Of a DNA stretch of 64,000 bases, positions 1-9,586 are shown in pieces. Within the stretch, counting starts at the first letter, position 1; every line of letters begins with the position of its first letter. A program made the position numbers and the translations under genes. This DNA is from an uncultured Methylomirabilota bacterium (GTDB lineage Bacteria > Methylomirabilota > Methylomirabilia > Methylomirabilales > 2-02-FULL-66-22), in assembly GCA_963705305.1 (NCBI GenBank), contig OY970067.1:5184001-5248000 (forward strand), read 5' to 3'. Under the pieces are notes generated by a model. It had not been told where the DNA came from and made no database searches. It saw only the letters and a program-made list of their open reading frames with translations.

Positions 1-146
1 GCAGCGGACAGCTCTGCTTGGGCAGACGGTCCAACGTACGATGGAGCATGCGTCGGCATCCCCGAGGTCGCAGAGCGGTTGCTCGGCCTGAGGCAATCCC
101 GTTCGCTCGCTGGTCGGACGGTTCCGGAAGAGGGGAGGAGCAGGAT

Positions 147-551
147 ATGAGTGAGATGGCAGACCGGCGACGCGTGGCGCGGGTCACCGTCCCGCGACAC
201 CCCGGCGGCCCGGAGCTGGAGCTCCAGCTGGTGCGGATCCTGGATCTGAGCCCTCTGGGGGCCCGCATCGAGCATCCGGAGCCGATGCGCGAGGGGGTGG
301 TCTGCTATGTGGATCTCCCGCCCGCCTTCGGGCGGATCCGCCTCACCGGCCGGGTGGTGTGGAGCGAGGTCCGCGTCAGCGAGCAGACCGTTGAAGGCGA
401 ACGGCGCCGCCACTACCAGAGCGGGATCGAGTTCGTCGCGCTGACCGAGGAACAGCAGATCACCCTGGAGGCCGCACTGGAGATGTTCGCCGTGCGATAT
501 CCCGACGACGCACCGCCTGCCGGCAATCCATCGCCGCACGACGTTTCGTGA
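147..551 (+). CDS. PilZ-domain protein (c-di-GMP receptor family)
   Basis: GGAGGAG RBS then ATG at 147; RRRVAR (RxxxR) and DLSPLG (DxSxxG) motifs, GRVVW and GIEF PilZ strands. Confidence 0.8.
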   Translation: MSEMADRRRVARVTVPRHPGGPELELQLVRILDLSPLGARIEHPEPMREGVVCYVDLPPAFGRIRLTGRVVWSEVRVSEQTVEGERRRHYQSGIEFVALTEEQQITLEAALEMFAVRYPDDAPPAGNPSPHDVS

Positions 552-776
552 GGGGCGGCGGGACCCCCTGCGCCTGACGGCTGTCCTCTCCCCGGCCGCT
601 CGCCGTAAGACAAGCGTCATCCCGACTGCCCCAGACCCCCCGCAGGGGACAGAACCTGCGCCATCGCCGCGCTAAACGACGGTGCGTCTGCCCGCCATCG
701 CCTTGACGCCGGCGGCCCCCGCCTGTCGGCCCTGCCTCCGGACCTGCCGCAGGGACACTGCCCCACTCGAGACTAC

Positions 777-927
777 CTCACCGCCAAGCCGCTAAGAATT
801 TCATGGCTGAAATGGGCGGAGCCCCCAAGGACTGGAACTGCATCACGTCCGCTAGCCGGTGCTCCAGTGCCGTGAATCATGCCCACCGGGATCTCTCCAA
901 TATCGAGCCTTGGCGTCATGGCGGTTG
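777..927. repeat. Palindromic-ended dispersed repeat, copy 1
   Basis: 907-927 is the exact reverse complement of 38610-38630 (21 bp); 777-788 is the exact reverse complement of 38678-38689 (12 bp); the two ends are also partly complementary to each other. Confidence 0.7.
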
Positions 928-1160
928 TAGAGTCCTTTCGGTCCACGCTCTATTGACAGGCCCCTAGCCGTCCGTCAGCGTCCGATCAGCTCGGCATGGG
1001 GGGAGACCGTCACGGAGCTCGGCAGGTCCCGCGCTCTGGCGGTCCGGAGAGGCGGAGACGGTGCACCCGCCGAGTTTCCTGCTTTCGCGTCGACGGGGAG
1101 AGAGACAGGCAACCACCCGGCCTTGGGGGCAGGGCCGTTCGAAGGACCGGAGGGACGGTG

Positions 1161-1415
1161 ATGGGGCAGCCGAAAGTCTTCTCCATGTGCGTGCGATGCC
1201 GGGATGACGACGGAAAACACGATGTCCCCGCCACCCACCGACTCCAGGTGCAGGAAGTGGGGACGGCGTTGCCCCGTGAGGTGTGGGGATGCAAGGCCCA
1301 CGTCGCCAAGGCCTACGCCCAGATCATTGCGACGCGCCGGCCGCTCGACGCCTTCGTCCATAACATGGAGACGGGACAATGCCTGGCCAAGGCTCGTTTG
1401 CGGTGGGAAGACTGA
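1161..1415 (+). CDS. Small Cys-containing hypothetical protein (84 aa)
   Basis: GGAGGG RBS upstream; CVRC motif plus GCKAH; fits the gap convergent with the TRAP permease. Confidence 0.5.
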   Translation: MGQPKVFSMCVRCRDDDGKHDVPATHRLQVQEVGTALPREVWGCKAHVAKAYAQIIATRRPLDAFVHNMETGQCLAKARLRWED

Positions 1416-1496
1416 GAGGGCGCGCGAGCGTCAGGGGCAGGCGGTTTGTGGGAGCCTCTTGCGCAAAACCGGTCGGCCTCCCCGAAGCCTCCCGTC

Positions 1497-3443
1497 CTAC
1501 CCGCTCAGGCCGAACTGGGCGGGCAGGAAGAGCGTGAACCAGGGCACAAAGGCGACAATGAGGAGTCCGATGCACAGCACGATGACGTAGGGAATCATCT
1601 CCCGGGAGGACTTCTCGATCGTCGTCTCGCACACCGCACACGCGATATAGAACCCAATCCCTACCGGGGGCATGAAAGCCCCAATCCCCATGGCGATCAA
1701 TAAGACAATCCCATAATGCAGTTCGCTAATGCCGATCTTCCCTGCGATAGGCAAGAGGATGGGCGCCATAATAAGTAAGGCCGGCAATCCTTCCAGGATG
1801 AGTCCGGTTACGATGAGCAGGACGATGGACGCGAGGATGAAAGCCCATTGGTCGTGACGGATCCCGCTCAGGAGCCCCACGAGTCGGTCCGGCAGGTCAG
1901 CCACGGTGAGCGACCACGCAAAGCTGGATGCGCCTCCCGTGATGAACAAGATCATGCCGGTGATGGATGCGCAATCAACCATCCCCCGAATGAACGTTCG
2001 GAGCCCCAACTCGTGGTAAATGATACAGGCAAGAACGAGCCCGTACACCACGGCGAACGACGAGACCTCCGTCGCGGTGCCCACCCCGGCGAGGATGCCC
2101 CCGAAAAGGATCACCGGCATGAGCAGGGGCAACAATCCCTGCAGCGTCGCCTTGGCGAGATAGCGCAAGGTCGCCCGGGGCGGCCGTGGCGTGGTGGACC
2201 TTCGAAACTGAAAATAGATCAGCACCATCAGGCAGACCCCGATCACGGCTGCGGGGATCAGCCCGCCAATGAACAGGGTACCAAGAGAGATCGTGGTCAC
2301 TGCCGCGAGCACGAGCATGGGAAGGCTCGGAGGGACCGTCTCCCCCATGACGGCCGCCGACGCCAGCACGGCCGTGGCCTTTTCGAGGCTGTACCCTTCC
2401 TTGCGCAGCATGTCCCGCATCACGAACCCCACGGCGGCTACGTCGGCTGCCTTGGACCCCGAGAGGCCGGACACAATGTACATGCTCACGACCATGACCT
2501 GGAACAGCCCGCCGCGGACATGGCCGACGAATGCATGCACCATGTGGACGAGACGGCGACTGATCCCCCCCTCGTTCATGATCGTGCCAGCGAGAATGAA
2601 GAACGGGATGGCCAGGAGGACGAATCCGGTAATCCCCCGCATCATCGTCTGCGACAGCATGATGGGAGGCATCCTGCCCGCCGCGTGCAAATAGCAAAGC
2701 GTGCTCAGCAACAGCGAGAAGCCCACAGGAAGCCCCATCAGGACGGTGATAAAAAAGATCGCCAGGTCTAAGTAGAGGGCCGCGTCGCCGGCGAACCATG
2801 GCCGCCAGGTCTGCCGGGTTGCCACAAGGGTGAGAATGAGAACCGCAAGTCCGCATCCTATCGCCAGGACGGTAGGCCGATGCTGGATGAGGAGGCGATC
2901 AACGGCTGTGATTGCAAGTACAAGCATGCATAGAATGAATGGCAACACATACCAGCTGGTGTGCACCTGCAGGACGGGGGTCAGGTCGTTCCAGCGCTCA
3001 AGGACGAATGAGTAGCCGCTCATTCCCATCGTGACCGCGACGATGAGAACCAGAAATTGGATCAGCGCAAAGCACGCGCGGCGCCACCGCATCGGCAGCG
3101 CATCCAGCAGCGTCCGAATATACGCGTGTTCGCCCCGCCGATACGAGAACGCCCCGCCCAAGAAGGCGATTGTGGTGAGGGACATCTCCGCCGGTTCGTT
3201 GGTCCAGACCCACGGAATGCCGAAGAGCGAGCGACCCAGCGTGCTGAGAAAGACCACGCCGAGCTCCGCGATCAGCGCAGCGGCAAGAATAGCCTCCAGC
3301 ACCGCGTCGATCACCCCCGGCACAGAGCGATCAGAGCCCTCCCTGCCGCCGGCCGCTCGCGGCTCCTCTGTGAGCCCTGCCATGGAACCTGTTGCGTCAT
3401 GGGTCGAGAGGCTCCTGATCGAACCATTCTCTTCCTTCCTCAT
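1497..3443 (-). CDS. TRAP transporter fused small+large permease (DctQM)
   Basis: N-terminal DctQ-like part (WTNEPAE...RRGEH) followed by DctM motifs LLAIPFFILAG, GLSGSKAAD, PPVG; start could alternatively be 3383. Confidence 0.9.
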   Translation of the reverse strand: MRKEENGSIRSLSTHDATGSMAGLTEEPRAAGGREGSDRSVPGVIDAVLEAILAAALIAELGVVFLSTLGRSLFGIPWVWTNEPAEMSLTTIAFLGGAFSYRRGEHAYIRTLLDALPMRWRRACFALIQFLVLIVAVTMGMSGYSFVLERWNDLTPVLQVHTSWYVLPFILCMLVLAITAVDRLLIQHRPTVLAIGCGLAVLILTLVATRQTWRPWFAGDAALYLDLAIFFITVLMGLPVGFSLLLSTLCYLHAAGRMPPIMLSQTMMRGITGFVLLAIPFFILAGTIMNEGGISRRLVHMVHAFVGHVRGGLFQVMVVSMYIVSGLSGSKAADVAAVGFVMRDMLRKEGYSLEKATAVLASAAVMGETVPPSLPMLVLAAVTTISLGTLFIGGLIPAAVIGVCLMVLIYFQFRRSTTPRPPRATLRYLAKATLQGLLPLLMPVILFGGILAGVGTATEVSSFAVVYGLVLACIIYHELGLRTFIRGMVDCASITGMILFITGGASSFAWSLTVADLPDRLVGLLSGIRHDQWAFILASIVLLIVTGLILEGLPALLIMAPILLPIAGKIGISELHYGIVLLIAMGIGAFMPPVGIGFYIACAVCETTIEKSSREMIPYVIVLCIGLLIVAFVPWFTLFLPAQFGLSG

Positions 3444-3543
3444 GACGCCTCTCCCAATCACGGGCGAAGATAGTGGAACACGACCGTGGGGAGGCTGGAC
3501 ATTGGTGGAAAAATGGCCAGCCTCCCCGGCTTGAAGCAATATC

Positions 3544-4527
3544 CTACTTTATGGCCTGAAGTCGCTCATACAGACCGGGCTTCCATAAGGTCTTGTCCAG
3601 CCTTGCGACGGCCGGCTGCACCGCCTTCCGGAAGGCGGCGATATCCGGTTCGATCAAGGTCATCCCCTTGGTTTGCAAATCCCCCATCAGCTTCTTCTCG
3701 AAGGCCGGGGCCAGCGTGTTCGCGTACGCCGTCGCATCCTTCCAGGCCGCGAGAATGAGCTGCTGCTGGTCGGGCTTCAAGGTGTCGAACCACTTCTTGG
3801 ACATCTGGTACTTCGCGGCGGCGTACACGTGGCGTGTGCCAATCAGGTATTTCTGCACTTCGTAGTACTTGTAACTCCAGATGGATTCCAGCGGGTTCTC
3901 CTCTGCTTCCGCCACACCGGTCTTCAGCGCCATATACACCTCGGGGAAGCTCACGACGACGGGCGCCGCTCCCAGGCTCTTCCAGATTTCCACCCAGGAC
4001 TTCATTTCTGGGACACGAAGCTTTATCCCCTTCAGATCGGCGGGTGTCTTGATCGGTCGGTTGGCCGTGAGCCACCTAGCACCGCGGTACACAATTCCGA
4101 CCGTCATCACCCCTCGTTCCTTGAGGAGCATATCATTCACTTCTTTCCCGAAGGGCCCGTTCCAGAATTTCCAGAAGTGATCCGCATCCCGCAGAGCGTA
4201 GGGAACCTCGTACACCATCCACTCGGGATAGAAGATGGCCACATCGCCGGAGCCCATCGCGCCCATTTCCAGCCCGCCCGAGCTCATCGCCTCGAACACC
4301 TCTCGCTCGCCACCCATTGCACCGCCGATATGCAAGTGGACTTCCATGTCCCCCTTGCTGCGCTGCTCGACCAGTTCTTTGAATTTCTCCAGCCCGAAGT
4401 GGACCGGGGCGTCCGGACCATAGACAGATCCGATGTTCAATGTAAGCTTGGGGGCCGCCCCCGCCGGCACGACCATTGCGACGCTCACACAGGCCGCCAT
4501 GACGAGCACCCACACCCTGAATCTCAT
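3544..4527 (-). CDS. dctP: TRAP substrate-binding protein (DctP family)
   Basis: Signal peptide; DLKGIKLRVP, EVYMALKTGV, ENP motifs; GGAGG RBS. Confidence 0.92.
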   Translation of the reverse strand: MRFRVWVLVMAACVSVAMVVPAGAAPKLTLNIGSVYGPDAPVHFGLEKFKELVEQRSKGDMEVHLHIGGAMGGEREVFEAMSSGGLEMGAMGSGDVAIFYPEWMVYEVPYALRDADHFWKFWNGPFGKEVNDMLLKERGVMTVGIVYRGARWLTANRPIKTPADLKGIKLRVPEMKSWVEIWKSLGAAPVVVSFPEVYMALKTGVAEAEENPLESIWSYKYYEVQKYLIGTRHVYAAAKYQMSKKWFDTLKPDQQQLILAAWKDATAYANTLAPAFEKKLMGDLQTKGMTLIEPDIAAFRKAVQPAVARLDKTLWKPGLYERLQAIK

Positions 4528-4928
4528 CGCTTCCTCCATGCCAAGAATGGCCATCCCAACACCGATCCGCCGTTCTCGCCTCCGACTTCTTCTCCAAGCG
4601 AACCCGCCCGCCCACGGGACCGGCCCCACCAGTCCCCCGCCGCCCAGATCCCCGGTCCAGAAGGCAGCCGCCATACGCCCGGCGATCCGCACGCCCGAAA
4701 CGCCGTCCCGCGATCCCTGCGCCTCGCCCGGCGGCCACCCGGGTCGATGTGCCGCCCGATCTCGACGGACAGATGAACCACATAGGGAGGCCGCCCGGGG
4801 AAGGGCCGACTGTCGCGGAGTATCTCACGGAAAACAACGACGTTCAATCTTTTGATCGGTCCCTGTCCACACATCGGACCAGCTCCCGGAGCTGCGCATG
4901 TCCCTTCGCCCCCACCGTATCTTTCCCC

Positions 4929-4989
4929 TTGACTGTGCCAGAGGCTGAGAGGTAGTCTCCATTTTGTCGTACAATAATCAATGACAATA
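4929..4989 (+). promoter_or_regulatory. Sigma70-like promoter with GntR-type operator
   Basis: TTGACT (4929)-18 nt-TAGTCT (4953), followed by the palindrome TTGTCGTACAA (4964-4974) in the divergent dctP/DUF296-gntR interval. Confidence 0.5.
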
Positions 4990-5038
4990 CCGTGTCCGGA
5001 CGCAGGCAATTCTGTCCTGCATACGCGGGGGGCTTGGG

Positions 5039-5485
5039 ATGGAAGTCATGCGAAGTCGGCTGACCGCTGATATGATCCTGGTGCGGTTTGACCCGGGGGA
5101 GCTGCTTCTCGAGGGACTCCGGGAACTCATCAAATCGGAAGACATCAGGATGGGGGTGGTGGTCTCCGGAATCGGAACATTCAGTGACTGCCGCATCCAC
5201 CACTCGGTGGCAGGGTACCCGCCGGACCTGATGACCCGGCATCAACATTATATCGAGCTGAAGGGCTCCTACGAGATTGCGGCCATCCAGGGGATCATCG
5301 CCGACGGCGAGCCGCATCTGCACGTGACCCTGTGCGAGGGCGACAAGACGATCGCGGGGCATCTGGAGGACGGCTGCAAGGTCCTCACCCTGGCCGAACT
5401 CGCGATTGTGAAGGCCGACGCAGGCCGTGTGCGGCGGGTGGCGCGCGGACCCGCACGGATTCGCCAGCTCACCGCGGAGGAGTAG
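5039..5485 (+). CDS. PPC/DUF296 domain protein
   Basis: VRFDPGE, SGIGTFS, HLHVT, AGHL motifs. Confidence 0.85.
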   Translation: MEVMRSRLTADMILVRFDPGELLLEGLRELIKSEDIRMGVVVSGIGTFSDCRIHHSVAGYPPDLMTRHQHYIELKGSYEIAAIQGIIADGEPHLHVTLCEGDKTIAGHLEDGCKVLTLAELAIVKADAGRVRRVARGPARIRQLTAEE

Positions 5486-5547
5486 GGCGGATCTGCGGGA
5501 AGCGCTATTTCCCTTCGGACACACCGCCTCCTCTGGCAGGGGCCGGA

Positions 5548-6225
5548 ATGACCAGCGAGACCGTCTACAGGACACTGGAAGAGGAGATCATCCTGGGTCG
5601 CCTGCGGCCGCGGGAACGGCTTCCCGAATCTGCACTCTGCGTCCGGCTCAAGGTGAGCAGAACCCTCCTGCGCGAAGTGTTTCGCCGGCTCGAGGCCGCC
5701 GGCCTGATCGCATTCCAGCGCAACTGCGGGGTCTCCGTCCGGGACTTCAGCCCGGCGGAGGTCGAGGATGTCTACTACTTTCGGTCGGCGCTCGAGCGGG
5801 CCGCCATTCCCCTCATCGTCCAGCGGGTCCGCCCCGAAGACATTCGGGAGCTTCGGACCATCGGCCGCGAGTTCGAGGCAGTCTGCCGAGGGGGAGACAT
5901 GTCCGCGATGATCCTCACCAACTTGGCGTTTCATCGGCGATTGGCCCGGGTGTGCCGGAATGAATTTCTCCGGCAGTCACTGGAAGTATCCCACCTGCAG
6001 ACGCACCAGATTCGCTACGTCGCGTGGTTGAGTCCCGCCCGCATCCAGCGCTCGATCCGGGAGCACAAATCGATCCTTCGATCACTCGTCCAAAGAGACG
6101 CCGCTACGCTCTGGCGGGTGGTCCGGGCCCACCTGGCGGCCGGACGAGGCGATTACCGCCGCATCTTCCCGGTCGGGGAGGTTTCGGGGCCTCGCGCAGA
6201 CCGGCGCCGTCCCGCGACCAGATGA
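5548..6225 (+). CDS. GntR-family regulator with FCD domain
   Basis: LRPRERLPE...VSRT wHTH; NLAFH and EH...H FCD motifs. Confidence 0.9.
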   Translation: MTSETVYRTLEEEIILGRLRPRERLPESALCVRLKVSRTLLREVFRRLEAAGLIAFQRNCGVSVRDFSPAEVEDVYYFRSALERAAIPLIVQRVRPEDIRELRTIGREFEAVCRGGDMSAMILTNLAFHRRLARVCRNEFLRQSLEVSHLQTHQIRYVAWLSPARIQRSIREHKSILRSLVQRDAATLWRVVRAHLAAGRGDYRRIFPVGEVSGPRADRRRPATR

Positions 6226-6256
6226 CCCTCCGGCAGCGGCGGAGTGGGAGGCACCC

Positions 6257-7747
6257 ATGGAAGCAAAGCGAACACCGGCAGACCCGGCAAAGAAAGCGGC
6301 TGATTCCTGGTGCAGGCGCTATGGGCTCGTGCTCGCCTGTATCACCGGCCTGGCAATCTGGCTCCTTCCCCTGTCCGGCATCAACCCGACACAGCACAAG
6401 CTCTTATCCATCTTCGGCGGCGCCATCGTGCTCTGGGTGACCCTTGGCGTGAGTTTCGCCGTCAGCATCTTCTTCATCACCTGCCTGCTCTATTTCTGGG
6501 TCGGCAATGTCACCGGGCAGATGAAGGGCGGCGCCTTGGTCCGCAGCACCGATTTCGCGCTGTCCGGATTCTCCGCCGCCAACCTCTGGCTGATCGTGAC
6601 CGGGTTCGTCATCTGTATTGCCATGACCAAGACGGGCGTCGCCAAGCGCCTTCTGCTCCACATCGTCCGGGCCTTGGGCCGGCGTCCGTTCGGCGCCATC
6701 ATGGCCGCCTCGCTGACCAATTACGTGATTGCACCCTTCACGCCGAGCAACACCGCCCGGGCGCTGGCGATGGTTCCGGTCGTCGAGGGAATCGCGGAAT
6801 CGTACCAGGTCACCCCGGGGGAAAGTAATTTCGGCCGATCCTTGGCGCTGTCCATGGCTCTGGCAAACAACATCACGGGGTCGGCCTTCCTGACCGGAAC
6901 CATCCCGAACGTGATGTTCATCAGCGCGATCGTCGGGGCGGTGGGGGCCTCGGCGTACACGAGCTGGAGCTACTGGACGCTTGCCGCGGCGCCGACGAAT
7001 CTCCTGCTTCTCTTTTTCACGGGATGGTTTCTGCTCAAGATGTTTCCTCCCGAGATGGCGGAGATTCGCGGGGGGTTGACGCGGGTGCAGGACGACCTGA
7101 ACGCGATGGGGCCGATGTCAGGTGCGGAGAAGAAAGCAATCGGCTATTTCTTGATCGCGGTCCTGCTGTGGGCCACGGACAGATGGCATGGCCTGAACGC
7201 GACCATGATCGCCTTCGTGGTGTCCTCCCTGATCTTCATGCCTTGGGCCGGGGTGCTGGAGTGGAAGGACACCCAGAATTCCCTCCCGTGGGAGCTGGTC
7301 ATATACGTGGGGGGCGTGACGACCCTGAGCACGGCGCTCTCCCAGTCCAAGGCCGTGGATGTGGTGTTCAAGAGCCTCTTCGCTTCCCTGGGGCTGCAGC
7401 GGATCTCGGAATTCACGCTCCTGATCCTGCTGATCGGCTTTACGATCTTCAGCCACGTGTTCTGGTCGACGACCACGTCCATGACGGGCGTCATGGCGCC
7501 GATCTATGTCAGCGTCGCCCAGTCGATGGGCTTCGACGTCGCCAAATTCTGTCTGCCGCTGGCCATCATGATGGCGTATGCCCTCTTCTTCCCGTTCAAC
7601 ACCAACGGCAACATCATCTTGCTGGGGACCGGGTACTTCACCCCCAACGATCTGCTCAAGTCATCGGCGCCGATCGGGATCGTCATCTGGATTGCCTGGA
7701 TCATCACGGCGCTGACGTGGTGGCGATTCATCGGGTTGATCCCCTGA
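6257..7747 (+). CDS. DASS/SLC13 family anion:sodium symporter
   Basis: PSNTAR and FLTGTIPN motifs, many TM helices, WW..IG C-terminus. Confidence 0.88.
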   Translation: MEAKRTPADPAKKAADSWCRRYGLVLACITGLAIWLLPLSGINPTQHKLLSIFGGAIVLWVTLGVSFAVSIFFITCLLYFWVGNVTGQMKGGALVRSTDFALSGFSAANLWLIVTGFVICIAMTKTGVAKRLLLHIVRALGRRPFGAIMAASLTNYVIAPFTPSNTARALAMVPVVEGIAESYQVTPGESNFGRSLALSMALANNITGSAFLTGTIPNVMFISAIVGAVGASAYTSWSYWTLAAAPTNLLLLFFTGWFLLKMFPPEMAEIRGGLTRVQDDLNAMGPMSGAEKKAIGYFLIAVLLWATDRWHGLNATMIAFVVSSLIFMPWAGVLEWKDTQNSLPWELVIYVGGVTTLSTALSQSKAVDVVFKSLFASLGLQRISEFTLLILLIGFTIFSHVFWSTTTSMTGVMAPIYVSVAQSMGFDVAKFCLPLAIMMAYALFFPFNTNGNIILLGTGYFTPNDLLKSSAPIGIVIWIAWIITALTWWRFIGLIP

Positions 7748-7829
7748 GCCTCGCCATCCGATCATCGTCCGGGCAGCGCGCGACACCCCAGGGCGCGGGG
7801 ACGCCGCGTGCCGCTCGGCGCGGAAGGGA

Positions 7830-9083
7830 TCACGGGCCGCTGCCGCCGGCCTCCCGATACACTGCCAGGGCGGCATCCACCGCCGCCCCGCGCGGCAGAG
7901 GGAACCGCTCAGCCGCCAGCGCGGCCTCCAGCGCGGCCAGCGTGACGACGACGGCATCCTTCCGGGCGTTGTATCCCATCGTCCCGATTCGCCAAATTCT
8001 TCCCGCCAGGGGACCGAAGGCGCTTCCGATCTCGACGCCGAAGTCCGCGAGCATGCTCGCGCGCACCCGATCGCCCGCCACCCCCGCCGGGACGCACACC
8101 CCGGTGACATTCGGCATCTTGTGGCGCCGGTCGCCGAAGATCGTGAGTCCCATGGCCTCGAGGCCGGCCGTCAGGGCCCGGCCGGCCAGGGCATGCCGGG
8201 CGAACACGCGCTCCGGCCCTTCGGCCAGGAAGATCCGGGCGCACTCCCGGGCGGCGTACAGCATGGACGTGGCCTCGGTGTGGTGATTGGTGCCCTTGTC
8301 GCTCCAGTAGTCCAGGATCATGGGCAGGTCGAAGTAGTTCGACCGGATCACCGCGGTGGCGGGGGGCTGATAGCCCGCCGGGCGGAGCCCCTCCTCCAGG
8401 TGATGCCGCCGGAATATGAGGTCGGCCAGCCGAGCCGAGATCGTGATGGGGGCCGCGCCGGGCGGACCGGCGAAGCATTTCTGCAGCCCGCTCGTGGCGC
8501 AATCGATCCCCCAGGCATCCACCGGCAGGGGGGTCCCCCCGAACGAGGCCGTGGCATCCACCAGGAGCAGCACCCCGTGCCTTCGGCAGATCATGCCGAT
8601 GTCCTCGAGCGGCTGCAGCATCGCGGTCGAGGTTTCGCCGTGGCAGAGGGCCAGCAAACGAGGACGGTGCTCGAGAATCGCGGCCTCAATCTGTGCCGGG
8701 TCCAAGACCGTCCCCCAGGGGGCGTCGACGGTCCGCAGATCCGCACCGATTCGCCGGGCGATCTCGATCTGGAGCTGGCCAAAGCGGCCGAAGTTGCCGA
8801 CGAGCACCCGCTCCCCCGGCTCGATCGCACTGACCAGGCCCGCCTCGACGGCCGACCGCGCCGTTCCGTCCAGCACCAGGGTCCACTCGTTCGCGGTCTC
8901 GAAGACCTGTCGATACAAGCCCATGGTCTCCCGCATGTACGCGCGGAACTGGGGATCGAACTGTCCCAGGAGACCCGCCGACATGGCACGCAAGACGCGG
9001 GGGTCTGCATTGACGGGACCGGGGCCCATGAGCAGCCGGGGCGCAGGGTTGATCTCGGCGGGTATCGGTGCTTTCGTTGCCAT
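7830..9083 (-). CDS. pucG: Class V PLP aminotransferase, PucG/(S)-ureidoglycine-glyoxylate transaminase-like
   Basis: LMGPGP, GQFDP, HGETST, GLQKC, SNYFDL, NHHTEAT, WRIGTMG. Confidence 0.8.
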   Translation of the reverse strand: MATKAPIPAEINPAPRLLMGPGPVNADPRVLRAMSAGLLGQFDPQFRAYMRETMGLYRQVFETANEWTLVLDGTARSAVEAGLVSAIEPGERVLVGNFGRFGQLQIEIARRIGADLRTVDAPWGTVLDPAQIEAAILEHRPRLLALCHGETSTAMLQPLEDIGMICRRHGVLLLVDATASFGGTPLPVDAWGIDCATSGLQKCFAGPPGAAPITISARLADLIFRRHHLEEGLRPAGYQPPATAVIRSNYFDLPMILDYWSDKGTNHHTEATSMLYAARECARIFLAEGPERVFARHALAGRALTAGLEAMGLTIFGDRRHKMPNVTGVCVPAGVAGDRVRASMLADFGVEIGSAFGPLAGRIWRIGTMGYNARKDAVVVTLAALEAALAAERFPLPRGAAVDAALAVYREAGGSGP

Positions 9084-9275
9084 GGTTCTCCCTGTTTCAC
9101 GCCGGGTCGTTGGGTGCGCTGTCCCAGGCTGATGTCCTGAGAGGGGAGGGACCGCATGCGCACACCGGCGAGGCGGTTCCGGAGCCGGGCAGAATCACGG
9201 GGGCGCACTCCGTGCGCCCCCGTTCATCACCGTGATGCCGGCCGCCCCACCTTCAGCGGACGCCGGCTCCCGCGC

Positions 9276-9470
9276 TCATTTTTTTTCCAAATGCTTATCG
9301 ATGTAATACAACCCCGCAATACACAGGAAGGCGACGTAAATCACCGCAGCCATCCAGAAGGCCAGGAAGGGCAGCCCGAGGACTATCGGCTGCACCCGGT
9401 TGACAAAGGGGACCATGCCGATCGCCCACACAAAGGGAATCAGGGTCAGCACAACCTTGAGGGCTTTCAC
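9276..9470 (-). CDS. DUF3311 small membrane protein (SSS partner)
   Basis: NRVQPIVLGLPFLAFW signature; adjacent to the SSS gene. Confidence 0.8.
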   Translation of the reverse strand: MKALKVVLTLIPFVWAIGMVPFVNRVQPIVLGLPFLAFWMAAVIYVAFLCIAGLYYIDKHLEKK

Positions 9471-9586
9471 GGCTTCACGCTCCTTTCAGAGGATCCAGAC
9501 ACCCCGGCTTGAGACAGTGTCCCTTCGCCTCATCCATCCATCGGCGTGACCGACGATGGCCGTCCACGCCGGTTCCCGCGTCGGCG

